NCBI GenBank assembly: GCA_951406725.2
Contig: OX597820.1
Coordinates: 30,318,001 to 30,382,000 of the forward strand
Source of the DNA: Octopus vulgaris
Lineage: Eukaryota
Reading direction: 5' to 3'
DNA: 64,000 nt
Below, piece by piece: positions 62,372 through 64,000 of the stretch; positions within the stretch are counted from its first letter, which is position 1, and the number at the start of each line of letters is the position of its first letter. Made by a program: the position numbers and the translations under genes. The notes beneath the pieces are model-generated. The model saw nothing but the letters and a program-made list of their open reading frames with translations. It had not been told where the DNA came from and ran no database searches.

Positions 62372-64000
62372 GGGAAAAATATGCTACTTTAGCCGAGGAG
62401 TAAGAAGTGCAACAATGGAAGCTCACTTCGACTCGGCTAGCGTAGCAAAGGAAGTTTCAACCCAAACGTTGAAAAATGAAATAATTATGCTGCTGCCCAC
62501 TTACTTGGCCAAAATAACAGTCGGTTTCGACGTGATGTGGGTGGCGGAGACGTTCTTCGACGTGGAACAGAAGATAACAAGCATGAAGAAAAAATAACCG
62601 GAAAATTGGAAGGGACAAATTCTTGAAATGGTCGTCCAAGCGGAGAACACAACACTTGAGAATTTGCCAGATAGGGTTTTCGTGGGGGAGGGGCACACCA
62701 TCAGTGTAGCAGTGGAGGGATGTAGGCCTAGGTGCTCCAAGTGCGGGAAAAGGGCCACGTTCGCTCCGCCTGTACTAAGATGCCCTTTCTCCAAGCGCTG
62801 TGAAAATCACAAGATAAAAATACAAAAGAAACCGAAGGAAAAAAAGCGAAAACGAAAAGGAGGAAAATAAAGAAAAACAAAAAGAAGTGGAAGATAAACA
62901 AACAGAATCTGAAGAAATGGAGTATACAACTCACAAATAAAAGGAAGAAAACTCATACCCCGGACTCTCCATCCCAAACAAAAAAAAAAGCAATACAGAC
63001 GAACAAAATAAAAAAAAAATTCCCCAACCCCACCCCAATGGCACTACTTTAAAAGGTCTCCGGGACTGGATGGTCTGCCCTACGAGTTTTATCGTTCGAT
63101 GCCGGACTTGTTTGGAGAGATACTGGCAAGCGTCTATGCAAACTGGCAACAGAATGGGAGAATTCCCAGTTCTGTGAGCCGGGGAGTTGTGACGCTGGTC
63201 CAGAAAGACCCAAGCAAGGGGGATAGTATCTGTAATTATAGGCCCATAACTATACTTAATGTAATGTAGAGTTAAAGATTTTGGCCAAAGTGTTAGCGAA
63301 AAGGTGGACGGTTGTTGTGGAGAAGCTTGTCGAGAGGGCGCAGACATGTGCAATCCCAGGCAGGTCGATCCAGGACAATCTTCACCTTCTCCGCTACAGC
63401 ATAGATAGGGTTGGAGAAAATGGCCGGCAAAAGAGGTGGGATATTGGTCCACTTGGACCAAAGTAAAGCATTCGATAGCGTGGACCACCGGTACCTGGGG
63501 GCTGTCCTCAAAGCGGCTGGGCTAGGCCCTGGTTTTCACGGGTGGATCACCGCAATGTATAGCGGCATCAAATCCACCGTCCAGATAAACGGTTACCTAA
63601 CGGAGCCGTTTTCGATTAAGCGGTCTGTTCGTCAAGGGTGTCCCTTGTCTCCGATTCTGTATGTTTTGGCCCTGGAGCCATTGCTGAGGAGGCTGGAGAA
63701 GTTAGGCGGCAACCCTAATGAGATTGGATGCGGTAGGTTCACTTCTGTTTATGCGGATGACGTCACTCTCATCGTGTCTGACGAAGCACAACTACCTCGT
63801 GTAGAAGATGCTCTCCGAGGATACGAAGCGGTGGCAGGGGCAAAAGTTAACAAGGACAAGTCCATAGGTTTGCGCCTCGGCACCTGGAGGAACAAGCCGA
63901 TATCGTCCAGTGTCGTCGGACACTGGACAGATGGTCCTGTTAAGTTGCTTGGAGTTTGGTTTGGTTTGGTTCAGACTCCCAGACGGAGAAGAATTGGAGC

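Larger units (their letters stand above)
60880..64000 (+). mobile_element. Second Tx1-like LINE: partly duplicated ORF1, knuckle remnant, and RT (runs off window; APE missing)
   Basis: ADFLEMG ORF1 start and RPRCSKCGK. From ~63055: SPGLDGLPYEFY, QTCAIPGRSIQDNL, LDQSKAFD, SVRQGCPLSP, VYADDV. Confidence 0.88.

Overview
This is AT-rich, repeat-dense eukaryotic DNA, most likely from an octopus (coleoid cephalopod), inferred from the SINE families and the clustered KRAB-less C2H2 genes. It holds four tandem, minus-strand, single-coding-exon C2H2 zinc-finger paralogs (ZF1 13.4-14.5k, ZF2 23.6-24.8k, ZF3 32.5-33.7k, ZF4 44.1-45.3k). Each is preceded, across an intron, by a copy of a conserved ~300 bp non-coding promoter/first-exon module. 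Two further copies of that module (4.1-4.4k, 7.6-7.9k) have no zinc-finger exon in the window. The right end has a full-length U2 snRNA gene (59280-59470) between divergently oriented, degraded Tx1/L1-like LINEs, one starting ~110 bp downstream of U2. The rest is transposon debris: a Tigger/pogo pseudogene, GG...CC MITEs with exact 8-9 bp TSDs (Merlin-like, one nested), hAT and piggyBac-like MITEs, non-autonomous Helitrons, SINEs and LINE relics. All alignments were done by eye and no database searches were run.
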